Shown here in pieces: positions 38,142 through 49,798 of a stretch of 64,000 nucleotides of DNA (positions are counted from its first letter, which is position 1; every line of letters starts with the position of its first letter). Below the pieces are notes generated by a model. That model was not told the origin of the DNA. It did not search any database and saw only the letters and a program-made list of their open reading frames with translations. Source of the stretch: an uncultured Vibrio sp. Lineage in GTDB: Bacteria; Pseudomonadota; Gammaproteobacteria; Enterobacterales; Vibrionaceae. The position numbers were made by a program, and so were the translations under genes. The DNA lies in contig OZ223360.1 of assembly GCA_965140755.1 (NCBI GenBank), positions 13,280 to 77,279 of the forward strand, given 5' to 3'.

Positions 38142-38362
38142 CGATTTTATAAAAACAAGAGCCAATAGTCGTTAGGTTAAAAACGGTCAATTTATCAACT
38201 CTATAGTGCTTAAATACTCACCTGCTCTGATGTGCTTCGCATGGTTTGCAAACCTGGTTATGAATCTGTTTGTCACTAATGTTCAATTAGAAGGCTTTAT
38301 GGGCTTGAGTCGTGGAGAAAAACAGGGTAAAAAAGGTCAGATTTTTAATGAGGGAACTGATA

Positions 38363-38647
38363 ATGAGTATCAAGGAAAACAGCTATTTTGCAGGCGGTGT
38401 GAAGTCACTAGGTTTTAGTCAACACGAACAAGAAGTGAGTGTCGGTGTGATGCTTCCGGGAGAGTATACGTTTGGTACGCAAGCTCCAGAGCGAATGACC
38501 GTAGTAAAAGGTGCCCTTATTGTTAAACGTGTAGGTGAAGCTGACTGGACAACATACAACAGCGGTGAGTCATTCGACGTTGAAGGCAACTCATCGTTTG
38601 AGCTACAAGTTAAAGATGCGACAGCGTACTTGTGTGAATATCTATAA
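38363..38647 (+). CDS. ppnP: Pyrimidine/purine nucleoside phosphorylase
   Basis: NSYFAGGVKSLGF, SVGVMLPGEYTFGT, AYLCEY; 94 aa. Confidence 0.9.
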   Translation: MSIKENSYFAGGVKSLGFSQHEQEVSVGVMLPGEYTFGTQAPERMTVVKGALIVKRVGEADWTTYNSGESFDVEGNSSFELQVKDATAYLCEYL

Positions 38648-38737
38648 AACACGGTCTTGAGCAGCGAATTGAAGCCACCTTCGGGTGGTTTTTTGTGTGT
38701 ATACTTAGTGTGTACTCATCAATCCAAGGAGGACGTG

Positions 38738-39022
38738 ATGTCAGTACAACGCAAACATACCGATCTTCCTCCACGTTATGAGGCAACCGACTTTACTACA
38801 GATCAAAGGCAACGTTTTACTGCGGTAGCGAATGCTGCGCAAAAGCGGAGAGAGTTGTACAAAAGCGCACTAGAGAAAAAGTTAGTGGGTAAATTGAGTC
38901 GACAAGCCTTCAAACCTAATGAGGTTTCACATCAAAGAAAATCCAGCCGAGCCAGCCAAGTCATCTGGTTGCTGGTTATTCTACACGTGGGTTTATGGGT
39001 AATGTATAGCTTCGCTTATTAG
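38738..39022 (+). CDS. Hypothetical protein with C-terminal TM anchor (94 aa)
   Basis: GGAGG RBS before ATG 38738; basic helical body; terminal hydrophobic helix VIWLLVILHVGLWVMYSFAY. Confidence 0.65.
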   Translation: MSVQRKHTDLPPRYEATDFTTDQRQRFTAVANAAQKRRELYKSALEKKLVGKLSRQAFKPNEVSHQRKSSRASQVIWLLVILHVGLWVMYSFAY

Positions 39023-39048
39023 CATCATTTAAGTATTCGCTCGCCAAC

Positions 39049-39830
39049 TTAATAAGCCTCTCCGATTTCTGGTTGATGCAATTGTTGGTTGTTCAACTTT
39101 TCTACCTGCGCACAATGTTCATAATACGCGTACTGATTTTTTCCGCTGTGTTTTGCTACATACATGGCTTTGTCTGCACATCGAATCAGTTCAGATAAAT
39201 CGTTGGCATCTTGTTTATAAATTGCCACGCCTACACTCATCGTAATGTCATTAATAAGGTCGTAATCCAGGGAGTGGTTTGAGAATAAATTGACGATGCG
39301 TTTTAACACCTCATCCAAACTTTCTTTGTTGGGCACATCGTGAAGCAGCAGCACAAATTCATCACCTGCAAATCGAGCGATGGAATAATCATTCTTAGGG
39401 GAAGTCTGTCCAGAAAAGTGATGCCGAAAAAAATAAAGAATATGTAGGTGCAGCTAAAGAGCAGTCCGACTTTAAACTCGTTGATAAGAATGAGTGTCGC
39501 GACGATCGGGTACAGCCATAACATTTTTCCTGAAGGTGCATCATTAAAAAGTAGCAGCAGTAAACCTTCTAACATGAGCACCGAGCTTAATAGCAAGTCG
39601 GCATACTGGTGATGCTTTTGTACTTTTATCATATAGCCAATCGCAAAGCAGGCTACCGCAGATAGAGAATGGAGCAAACACAGCCCCCACTGTTCTTCCA
39701 ACGCTTGAACGAGTGCACCATACACTAGGCAGGTGGCAGCGATACTGGAGCATACAAAAACAATCTTCTTTTTTCTTGTTGCGCGGATATCCGCCATTTC
39801 TTCTAAACGTGCTCCAGCCAGTGTCGACAT
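39049..39830 (-). pseudogene. Membrane diguanylate-cyclase-type gene with internal out-of-frame deletion
   Basis: N-terminal TM region (to LDRLP) abuts, in another frame, KNDYSIARFAGDEFVLLL...ADKAMYVAKHSGKN. The first half of the GGDEF domain is absent. Confidence 0.75.
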
Positions 39831-40247
39831 CTTCTATCCTTACTTAATCGTTTTCCCTTTATTCTAGTGGTTAACTGAACGGCAGATAGAATAAAAGTTC
39901 GGTTATCTGTGATGTAAATCATTTTGAATGTGACGATGAGTGATTGAATTAACGTTAGATTTTTTAAATGAAGATGATGTCTAGCGTTGGTGGCTATGCG
40001 CTCTTAAGTTATTGTTTTTTTATTATACTTGAAGAAACCGCCTTTCATACTGTCAATGAATACCATCGTGAGATAGAAAATATTACCCTGAGCGATGAAA
40101 TTCTGTTGTTGTTGTGTGCTGAATGCGAATAGAATTTGCGCTACCACGTATTTGTTGGGTCAATCCACAAGTCCCAATTGTTATTTTTATAAACTGCTTC
40201 ACGGTTTTCTGTGAAGCAGTTTTTCATTGTGTGAAGGTTTATCAACT

Positions 40248-41588
40248 ATGCCTAAAAGCCAGAAAATCAACCAGCGTATGTCCATCGTGACATTAGCTTG
40301 GCCGATACTCGTGGAAATTTTGCTAAGGACGGCTTTAGGAACCAGTGATGTATTCATGTTGAGTAGCTACTCAGATAAGGCGGTGTCGGCTGTTGGGGTT
40401 ATCACCCAATTGACGTTTTTTCTCATCGTTGTCTCAACATTTGTCAGTAGCGGTACCGGCATTTTAATTGCTCAGTACAACGGCGCAGACCGAGAGAAAG
40501 ACTCGGTCGATGTCGGTGTCGCGAGTATTGTTTTGTCGGTGCTTGTGGGTATTTTACTCAGCGTGATAGCGGTACTTGGTGCGATATTCTTCTTACCATA
40601 CTATGGGCTTGAAGCTCAGGTCGAGCAGTACGCTCGGGAATATTTGCTCATCAGTGGCGTGATGACGTTCAACGTTACCATTGGTATTGTACTTACCACG
40701 ATTCTGCGCAGTCATGGCTACTCTCGGTCCCCAATGGTGGTTAACCTGCTCAGTGGCGTGTTAAACATTGCAGGTAACTACATCGCCTTGTATCAGCCGT
40801 TTGATTTGCCTGTTTATGGCGTAGAAGGCGTGGCTGTTGCAACCGTTGTGAGCCAAGTCGTTGGTACATTGATGTTAGTGTTTATTTTGAAGCGAACCAA
40901 CATCGAAATGCCAATGTCGACGATGAAGCAAGTACCTGCTGATATCTATAAAAAAATCTTAAAAATAGGTGGTATGAATGCAGGTGAGGTGCTGTCTTAC
41001 AACGTCGCTCAAATCTGTATCATTTACTTTGTGGTACAGATGGGCACAGCATCACTGGCAGCATTTACTTATGCGCAGAACATAGCGCGTTTTTCCTTTG
41101 CCTTTGCTCTTGCGATTGGTCAGGCAGCACAAATTCAAACGGGTTATTACATTGGTAAGGGCTGGGTGAGCAGCATCCTCAAACGTCTTCAGGTTTATTT
41201 CTTGGTTGGCTTTGTTGCCTCTACGGCTGCGACGACAATGATCTACCTGTTTAGAGAAGAAATTCTCCGAGTGTTTACTGACCAGCCTGAAATTCTTGCT
41301 CTGGCCGGCTCATTGGTTCTGGGTTCTATTCTGTTGGAAGCCGGGCGTGTCTTTAACCTGATCTTCATTGCTGGTTTAAAAGGTGCTGGCGACATCAAAT
41401 TCCCGGTACAGATTGGCATTTTGAGCATGTGGGGGTTAGGCGTGCTGTTTTCTTACCTTTTTGGTATTCATATGGGCTACGGCGTAATGGGGGCCTGGAT
41501 GGCGATTGCGTTGGATGAATGGGTTCGCGGCATCATCATGGCTAAGCGTTGGCGCTCACAAGTGTGGACCAAATTTAAAGTCAGTTAA
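40248..41588 (+). CDS. MATE-family efflux transporter
   Basis: LAWPILVE, SDKAVSAVG, GLKGAGD, GAWMAIALDEWVRG; about 12 TMs. Confidence 0.88.
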   Translation: MPKSQKINQRMSIVTLAWPILVEILLRTALGTSDVFMLSSYSDKAVSAVGVITQLTFFLIVVSTFVSSGTGILIAQYNGADREKDSVDVGVASIVLSVLVGILLSVIAVLGAIFFLPYYGLEAQVEQYAREYLLISGVMTFNVTIGIVLTTILRSHGYSRSPMVVNLLSGVLNIAGNYIALYQPFDLPVYGVEGVAVATVVSQVVGTLMLVFILKRTNIEMPMSTMKQVPADIYKKILKIGGMNAGEVLSYNVAQICIIYFVVQMGTASLAAFTYAQNIARFSFAFALAIGQAAQIQTGYYIGKGWVSSILKRLQVYFLVGFVASTAATTMIYLFREEILRVFTDQPEILALAGSLVLGSILLEAGRVFNLIFIAGLKGAGDIKFPVQIGILSMWGLGVLFSYLFGIHMGYGVMGAWMAIALDEWVRGIIMAKRWRSQVWTKFKVS

Positions 41589-41693
41589 ATGAGTCATTAC
41601 CGATAGGGATGAGGTTACCCATTCTTGGTCTGAAACGTAAAAGGCACTGAATTCAGTGCCTTTTTAGTATCCCTATATTTAACCTTACCGGGT

Positions 41694-43373
41694 TTAAAAT
41701 TCACAATCCGCATGGAAGCTCATGCGTTCTTTGCTGTATGGATGATCCAGTTCCAGCATTTCAGCATGCAGGTGCAAGCGATTCGCCTTCTCGCCATACA
41801 GGCCATCACCAACCATAGGCATATTTAAGCCCATGTGATGCGCACTGTGGACGCGCAGTTGGTGAGTTCGGCCAGTTTTAGGGTACATGTATACCTTGCT
41901 ACGGCCGTTTTTGACTTCAATCAACTGCCAGTGCGTCTCTGCTGGTTTACCATGCTCAAAGCACACCAATTGGCGCGGGCGATCTTCTGGGTCGCCGCGC
42001 ATGGGCAATGAGATGTCACCCTCGCAATCCTTGAGTTCACCTTCCAGCAAAGCCATATAGCGTTTTTGTACGCCGCGAGCCATGAACTGCTTCTGTAAGC
42101 TCTTATTGGCGCGTTTGGTCAGCGCAAACACCAAAATGCCTGATGTTGCCATGTCTAAACGATGAATAACAAAAGGCCCTTCAACGTCAGGGAACATCGT
42201 CTGTAGCCTTGTGTACGCCGAATCTTTGATGGTTTTTCCCGGTACAGAAAGCAAACCTGATGGCTTGTTTACGACGACCATGGCCTGATCCTGAAACAGA
42301 ATTTCCAGCTCTTTATCTTCTGCCCAATTTTCAGCCAGCGGGTTTGGTTCGACGTTCATCCCTTGCAGCATATGCCCTAGTATTGGTTGGCACTTACTGT
42401 TGCATGATGGGTAAAACTTTTTGTGCTGGCGTACTTCGGACTTTGGCGATTCCCCCCACCAGAACTCAGCAAGCGCCAAAGGTTTAAAGCCATGTTTAAA
42501 CGCGTATTGAAGCAGTTTCGGCGCGGCACATTCACCTGCGCCTGCTGGTGGCACTGGATTGTTGGTGTTGGCAAAAATATCCACTAAATCCCGTTCTTCG
42601 TCTAAGCCGTTAAGAAATCGGTATTGTTTGTGCAGTTTGTGCTGCAGGGCATTAGATAGTGTTTTACGGCGCTGTTTAAGGTCTGATAGTTGGCGTTTTA
42701 AAGCGGCTAAACGCTGCTCTTTCACTGTCAGTTTTTCCTCCCACGCCATCTTGAGGTATTTGAGTGTGTTTTTCTCAGCCACACTTTGTTTACCCAACTC
42801 GTCTAACAAGGTTTGTAGTTCATCGGGATTCAGTGTTTGCTCACCCTGTTTACGCTGAAGTTTTCGATTCGCGCGACCTTCTATCATGACTTGGCGTTGC
42901 GTATGCTCTTCTTGCTGGTATGTGGCGCGATCCGCTTGAATCTCTGCTTTTAGTTCAATGAACTCTGGGTTTGCCGCAAACTGTTTGCAGTCGGTATTGA
43001 TAGCATTGATGGCGTCGGTTTCTGCACGGAAAAAACCTTCATCTGCCAGCATGTCATACACTGGCGGTACAAACCCAGGCAGCAAGTTTTGATCGGCGAT
43101 CTTACCGGAGAAAGCACTGAGATAACCTAACTCGCCTTTTGTATTTTGCACCAAAAGTACCCCGAACATTTTGCCGCGTCCCGCTTGCTCATCCTCTAGT
43201 CCGAAGTCATGTTCAAAGTCGCTTTGCGTGAGTAAGTGTTGTTGCAGCTGTTCAGCGGCTAATACGCATAGAGGATGTGGTGTGTAATAGAACGGAAACG
43301 TAAACTGCTTTGGTAACTCATAACCAGAAATATCGGCAGTAAAACGAGTAAAACAATGTTCAGGCGAGTGCAT
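41694..43373 (-). CDS. RluA-family pseudouridine synthase, long form with N-terminal extension and coiled coil
   Basis: VVNKPSGLLSVP, VIHRLDMATSG, KTGRTHQLRVH, GDGLYG, LHLHA. Confidence 0.9.
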   Translation of the reverse strand: MHSPEHCFTRFTADISGYELPKQFTFPFYYTPHPLCVLAAEQLQQHLLTQSDFEHDFGLEDEQAGRGKMFGVLLVQNTKGELGYLSAFSGKIADQNLLPGFVPPVYDMLADEGFFRAETDAINAINTDCKQFAANPEFIELKAEIQADRATYQQEEHTQRQVMIEGRANRKLQRKQGEQTLNPDELQTLLDELGKQSVAEKNTLKYLKMAWEEKLTVKEQRLAALKRQLSDLKQRRKTLSNALQHKLHKQYRFLNGLDEERDLVDIFANTNNPVPPAGAGECAAPKLLQYAFKHGFKPLALAEFWWGESPKSEVRQHKKFYPSCNSKCQPILGHMLQGMNVEPNPLAENWAEDKELEILFQDQAMVVVNKPSGLLSVPGKTIKDSAYTRLQTMFPDVEGPFVIHRLDMATSGILVFALTKRANKSLQKQFMARGVQKRYMALLEGELKDCEGDISLPMRGDPEDRPRQLVCFEHGKPAETHWQLIEVKNGRSKVYMYPKTGRTHQLRVHSAHHMGLNMPMVGDGLYGEKANRLHLHAEMLELDHPYSKERMSFHADCEF

Positions 43374-43521
43374 GGTGTGTATCCGCGAGCATAAAAATCG
43401 AGCGAGGATTGTACCTGTTTGAATCAGGATTGCTATATTAACAACGGTACTTGAGATTCACTCACGATCCTGTACCTTAAACGTAATCGCAGTTTTCCTT
43501 CCCTAATTAGAGTCTTAGTTC

Positions 43522-44325
43522 ATGTCACAAGCTAGCATTAAATTTATCGCCTCCGATATGGACGGCACGTTACTCGATCAGTACGGTCGTTTAGACCCTG
43601 AGTTCTTCGATGTGTTTTTACGATTAGAAGAAAAAGGGATTATGTTTTCGGCTGCCTCTGGTCGTCAGTACTATAGCTTGCGTGACACTTTCGCTCCGAT
43701 TCAAGACCGCATTCTGTACGTGGCAGAAAATGGCACTTTAGTGATACACAAAGATAAAGAGCTCTATAGCTGTACGATTCCGAAACCTGAAGTCGCTGAG
43801 ATAGTGAAAGCTGCGCGCTGTATTGAAGGGGCGCACATTGTTCTGTGTGGTAAGCGCTCGGCTTATATCGAGATTCAAGATCAAAAGACGTTGGAAGAGT
43901 TTCAAAAGTACTACCATCGTTGTGAAAACGTGGATGATTTGCTGGAAGTTGATGATGAGTTTATTAAAGTGGCAATTTGCCATTTTGAAGGCTCAGAGGA
44001 GCTAGTGTTCCCGTCGATGAACAGCCAGTTTGGTGACTCACACAAAGTGGTGGTCAGTGCAAAAATTTGGTTAGATGTGATGAACGCAAAAGCCTCCAAA
44101 GGAGCGGCCATTGAGTATCTGCAACAAACCATGAATTTTACGCCCGCAGAGACCATGACGTTTGGTGATTACCTGAATGATTTGGAGATGCTGCAAGTGA
44201 GTGAACACTCGTATGCGGTGGCCAATGCCCATGAAGAGATTAAGAAAGTCGCCCGTTTTTCTGCGCCAAGCAACCAGGAGTCTGGCGTACTCGCTGTGCT
44301 GAAAGAGAAATTTCTGTCCGACTAG
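43522..44325 (+). CDS. Cof-type HAD-IIB phosphatase
   Basis: ASDMDGTLL, ASGRQ, SKGAA, FGDYLNDLEML. Confidence 0.92.
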   Translation: MSQASIKFIASDMDGTLLDQYGRLDPEFFDVFLRLEEKGIMFSAASGRQYYSLRDTFAPIQDRILYVAENGTLVIHKDKELYSCTIPKPEVAEIVKAARCIEGAHIVLCGKRSAYIEIQDQKTLEEFQKYYHRCENVDDLLEVDDEFIKVAICHFEGSEELVFPSMNSQFGDSHKVVVSAKIWLDVMNAKASKGAAIEYLQQTMNFTPAETMTFGDYLNDLEMLQVSEHSYAVANAHEEIKKVARFSAPSNQESGVLAVLKEKFLSD

Positions 44326-44406
44326 GTGGACTCATCCCCACTGGTAATGCAAAAGCCCCGCTTGTTGAAGAGCGGGGCTTTTATATGAATGAGCGTTAAC
44401 TCTGTT

Positions 44407-45504
44407 CTATCGGTGGAATTTCATCTTATACATGCGCTTATCGGCGATATTGATAAGAAAGTCTATATTGTCGCTATCCATCGGATATCGCGCGATACCA
44501 ATGCTGGTCGAAAGCTGATAGGCGTTTTCCGCTTTTAGGACAGGATCATCAAACACGGCATTAATATGCTGTTTGATTTCATCTTCATCGATGACTTTGT
44601 CCTCAACGACGATAGCGAATTCATCACCACCCATTCGGTAAGTGGTAAAATAATTGATCTCCATCGACGTTAGCCGACTAGCGATAGCACGTAAAACTTT
44701 GTCGCCTGCTTGATGCCCGTGAGTATCATTTATCTTTTTAAATCCGTTTAAGTCCAGAATACAAAGGTAAAACGTTTTTTTTTGTTGCATGTTTTTTCTA
44801 AGCGTCACAAACAGCGCACTTCGGTTGCCAAGCCTAGTTAGAGGATCGCTGAGGGCCAATTTTCTGTGGAAACTTGATTCGCGGTAAAAGAAGTAAATAA
44901 GTGAGAGTGTCGATAAAACAAACGTCGCAAACAGCATATATTGTGCTTGTACTAGTCGCTGTGTTTCACCTTTTTGTGCCTCATATACTTTGCTGGTGAG
45001 TCGGAAGTTTTGATTTACAAAATCCACTAAGTCCAAGTACAGCGTTTGAGTTGAGCGATAAAACTGAGCTGCTGCTTGACGATCGCCGGTTCTCGCCTCG
45101 ACAAGAAAAGGTTCCAGATCTTTAAACTGTTCGAAGAGTTCTACAAAATACTGCTGGATATTGTTACGCGAAAAGAAAGTGTATGCGTCATCACTGTTGA
45201 TGAGTAAATCAAAGCGACTCCATGCGAGTTCATACTGCAGCTCTGCTCCATTGATATCTTGAATGTTGTCATCGAGCCTACGTGCTTCCCCAACCAGTTC
45301 AGACAGTTCTTTAGAAAGCTGAAACAAAAACCACGTGGCTTGCTTTTGCTCATCAGTAAAGTTTTGCGCTAATGCACGAGTTTGTTGAAGCAACATGACA
45401 TTTGCAAGTAATAAAGAGGTAGCAAAGACTAACAGCAGTGCTTTGCTGAGTGTCGTATATCGCCACTTTTGGGCTATAATTGGGTAGGTGTCTGATAACT
45501 TCAT
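44407..45504 (-). CDS. Two-TM diguanylate cyclase with DcpA-like periplasmic domain
   Basis: SDPLTRLGNR, DLNGFKKINDTHGH, RMGGDEF; periplasmic W58-x7-E66. Confidence 0.9.
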   Translation of the reverse strand: MKLSDTYPIIAQKWRYTTLSKALLLVFATSLLLANVMLLQQTRALAQNFTDEQKQATWFLFQLSKELSELVGEARRLDDNIQDINGAELQYELAWSRFDLLINSDDAYTFFSRNNIQQYFVELFEQFKDLEPFLVEARTGDRQAAAQFYRSTQTLYLDLVDFVNQNFRLTSKVYEAQKGETQRLVQAQYMLFATFVLSTLSLIYFFYRESSFHRKLALSDPLTRLGNRSALFVTLRKNMQQKKTFYLCILDLNGFKKINDTHGHQAGDKVLRAIASRLTSMEINYFTTYRMGGDEFAIVVEDKVIDEDEIKQHINAVFDDPVLKAENAYQLSTSIGIARYPMDSDNIDFLINIADKRMYKMKFHR

Positions 45505-45977
45505 TATTTCTTTATCAATTTAATATTATTCACCTGCCAGACCATTTGAGCATGGTATGCCGAGCGATTTAATTCTGGGTACAGGTTTAGCGGATATACA
45601 ATCCAATATGGGCCTTTGTCTCTGATCTTTATGTAATGTTGGTCTTTTTGATAGGCCAGTATCGGTTGATATTTAACAATATCTGGCCGAGTAACAACCG
45701 CGTGGTAATTGTTTAAACCACCGATATCGATTTTTTCTGGAATATCACCGTACACGTGAGTTAGTAAGGTACTCAGTTTTACACCAGTATACTCTGACTC
45801 CCCTTTACTCCAGGGTAATTCGGTGGTGTAAGTGGTTGAGGGTAACGATTGAATTTCTTCTAACTCCAGCGTAATACTGGATTTTTGCGGACCGTTACTA
45901 AATGAAACGGTATGTGCAGAAATGAGGGGGGCAAAACACAGCAAGCCTAATACGAGTATCTTTTTCATTCTATTCAT
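45504..45977 (-). CDS. PruR-like periplasmic sulfite-oxidase-fold (pterin-binding) protein
   Basis: Signal peptide; TELPW, GVKLSTLL, LNNY, RDKGPYWIVYP, MVWQV; TAATG coupling with the cyclase gene. Confidence 0.75.
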   Translation of the reverse strand: MNRMKKILVLGLLCFAPLISAHTVSFSNGPQKSSITLELEEIQSLPSTTYTTELPWSKGESEYTGVKLSTLLTHVYGDIPEKIDIGGLNNYHAVVTRPDIVKYQPILAYQKDQHYIKIRDKGPYWIVYPLNLYPELNRSAYHAQMVWQVNNIKLIKK

Positions 45978-46369
45978 TTTGGAGTTTTATTCTTTTTTTG
46001 AGCTAGAGTAAGCGACGCTAGCGGTAGTTTTTTAAGTTTTTGATGATTTGAATAAATGGATAAGGTTGCAAAAATATATCGTGTTTGAAAAGTAACCTCA
46101 CGCTTACTTTACGTCAAGGTTATTGGGTGACTTCTTAAATAAATGAGCGATGAAGTGCTGTGATTGTAGGGATATGAGGGCTCTTAGCGTATTTTCAGTA
46201 CCATATAATACAAATAGGTCTAATTATCAATGGGTCATTGTTGGAATCAAATTAACATTTAACACGAATTGTTTAAATTTACTAATATTTGTGATTAATG
46301 AATATATATTCAAAAAGATAAAGCCACCTTAGTCAGGGTGGCTTTATTCTTACGTTATCTTTTATTTAC

Positions 46370-47209
46370 TTACTCGAACAAATACTTGGCATGAAAGTTC
46401 AAATGGTCATCAATAAAGCTCGAGATGAAGTAATAACTGTGATCATAACCTGGTTGCATTCGAAGCGTTAATTCTGAGTCATGCTTGTTTGCTGCAGCAA
46501 TGAGAACTTCAGGTTTAAGCTGTTCACTCAGGAACCCATCGGCGTCTCCCTGATCCACCAGAATAGCCAAAGGTGATTGAGCTTGCTTGAGTAGCTCACT
46601 CGCATCATATTGCTTCCAGTTTTCGATCTCGGTACCCAAATAAGCAGTAAAGGCCTTTTGACCCCAAGGACACTGCATAGGGTTACTGATAGGGCTAAAG
46701 GCTGAGATTGAGCGATACTGATCTGCATTCTTTAAGCCGATAGTCAGTGCACCATGCCCGCCCATGCTGTGGCCAGAAATAGACTTCACATCAGAAACCG
46801 GGAAATTGTTTTCAATGATTGCTGGGAGTTCTTTGGTGATGTAGTCATACATGAAGTAGTGCTGTGACCAAGGTGCCTGAGTTGCATTAAGATAAAAACC
46901 AGCTCCCTGACCGAGGTCGTAATTTTCATCATCTGCCACACCTTCTCCGCGAGGGCTGGTGTCAGGAGCAACAATGGCGATGCCAAGTTCTGCCGCCATA
47001 CGAAATGCGCCAGCTTTCTGCATGAAGTTTTCATCGCTACAGGTGAGACCGGATAACCAATATAGGACCGGGACCGGGTGAGATTTTGTCGCGTTTGGCG
47101 GCAAAAAAATAGCGAAGCGCATTTGGCAGTTAAGTGAACTGGATTCGTGTGTGTATTGTTTGTGCCAGCCACCAAAAACTTTGGTCTGACTAACGTTTTC
47201 AATCATCAT
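46370..47209 (-). CDS. frmB: S-formylglutathione hydrolase
   Basis: [32 protein letters not shown]. Confidence 0.92.
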   Translation of the reverse strand: MMIENVSQTKVFGGWHKQYTHESSSLNCQMRFAIFLPPNATKSHPVPVLYWLSGLTCSDENFMQKAGAFRMAAELGIAIVAPDTSPRGEGVADDENYDLGQGAGFYLNATQAPWSQHYFMYDYITKELPAIIENNFPVSDVKSISGHSMGGHGALTIGLKNADQYRSISAFSPISNPMQCPWGQKAFTAYLGTEIENWKQYDASELLKQAQSPLAILVDQGDADGFLSEQLKPEVLIAAANKHDSELTLRMQPGYDHSYYFISSFIDDHLNFHAKYLFE

Positions 47210-47285
47210 GAATAAACTCTCAAGCAGCAGAAATTAGATTTAACAGATACAATAAGGCTCTCCCTAAGGAGAGCCTGCAGCGATA

Positions 47286-48452
<1,167 letters not shown>

Positions 48453-48820
48453 TCAATAGGTAGGCGTCGTAACTAAGCGTAGCTGAGCTTTCGTTTTTCG
48501 CCTGATGTTTTCTTAGTATTCATTCTATCTATTTCATTAGAAATGATAATCCGTCGTTTTTGAAAATGATTTTTACACATGCGTAATAATTGAGTGTGTT
48601 AAATCTGAGGGAAAACAAGGGGGTCTTGAGCTTGTTCATTCTTCTGCCCTACTTGTAGATTCGCTATTCATCAAAGTGCATTTGTTGTTTTGTTAGTGTT
48701 GATATATTTACATTTAATTAACTCTGAGGCGTTGAAATTTGAATTCAAAGGGAAGTTTCTCCCTGTCAGTGTTTGTGTGACAATGTTGTCGTTAATAAAT
48801 AGTTTGACAGGAATAGAGAA

Positions 48821-49690
48821 ATGGCGAATTGGGAGGGTGTCACGGAGTTTGTCGCCGTCGCAGAGACAAACAGTTTCACCGGTGCTGCAAATAAACTCAA
48901 AACATCAGTTGCGCAGATCAGTCGCCGAGTGTCCGCACTTGAACAACGCTTGGCCGTAAAGTTGTTGCATCGTACCACACGTAAAGTTTCTCTTTCTGAG
49001 GCGGGGCAGCTTTATTATCAGCAATGTAAACATCTGTTGGAAGGGTTAGAGCTCGCCGAGCTTGCCGTAACCCAAATGCAGGCAGAACCAAAAGGCTTGT
49101 TGCGGGTGACAGCACCAGTTACCTACGGTGAAATGAATCTTGCACCGCTATTACACCAGTTTATAGAGAAGTATCCGCAGGTGAATCTGGACTTGGTACT
49201 AACCAACCAACGACTTGATTTAATCGAAAAAGGGGTGGATGTTGCAATTCGTCTGGGACGATTACAAGACTCAAGTATGATTGCCAAGCGACTCTCTTCA
49301 CGCCAAATGCACGTCTGTGCGAGCCCTAACTATTTAGAACGATTTGGTGAACCTCATACACTCTCAGAGCTGGGGCGTCATCAGTGTTTGGTGGGTTCCG
49401 TTGATTACTGGCATTTCAAAGAGCAGAATAGAGAGAAGTCCTTACGAGTATCAGGACGAATCAAGTGCAACAGTGGTTTCGCTTTAGTGGATGCGGCAAA
49501 ACGAGCGCTTGGTTTGGTTCAGTTGCCGGATTATTACGTTCAAGAGGCGTTAGATAGCGGAGAGTTGGTCGAAGTGCTCAGTGATTACCGAGATGATCGT
49601 GAAGGTATTTGGGCGCTGTATCCACCAAGTCATAACTTGTCGCCTAAAGTTCGATTACTTATCGACTTTTTGGCGAAAGAGTTGGCGTGA
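48821..49690 (+). CDS. LysR-family regulator divergent from frmAB
   Basis: SFTGAANKLKTSVAQISRRVSALEQRLAVKLLHRTTRKVSL. Confidence 0.9.
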   Translation: MANWEGVTEFVAVAETNSFTGAANKLKTSVAQISRRVSALEQRLAVKLLHRTTRKVSLSEAGQLYYQQCKHLLEGLELAELAVTQMQAEPKGLLRVTAPVTYGEMNLAPLLHQFIEKYPQVNLDLVLTNQRLDLIEKGVDVAIRLGRLQDSSMIAKRLSSRQMHVCASPNYLERFGEPHTLSELGRHQCLVGSVDYWHFKEQNREKSLRVSGRIKCNSGFALVDAAKRALGLVQLPDYYVQEALDSGELVEVLSDYRDDREGIWALYPPSHNLSPKVRLLIDFLAKELA

Positions 49691-49798
49691 ACAGCGCATC
49701 AGGTAGCAAAGCGTTAATTAAAAAGGTAGATAGCGAAGAATCGACCTTTCAAAATTTACAAAGTTGGCAATAGAGCAGTCTTATCGCTGCTTTCAAGA

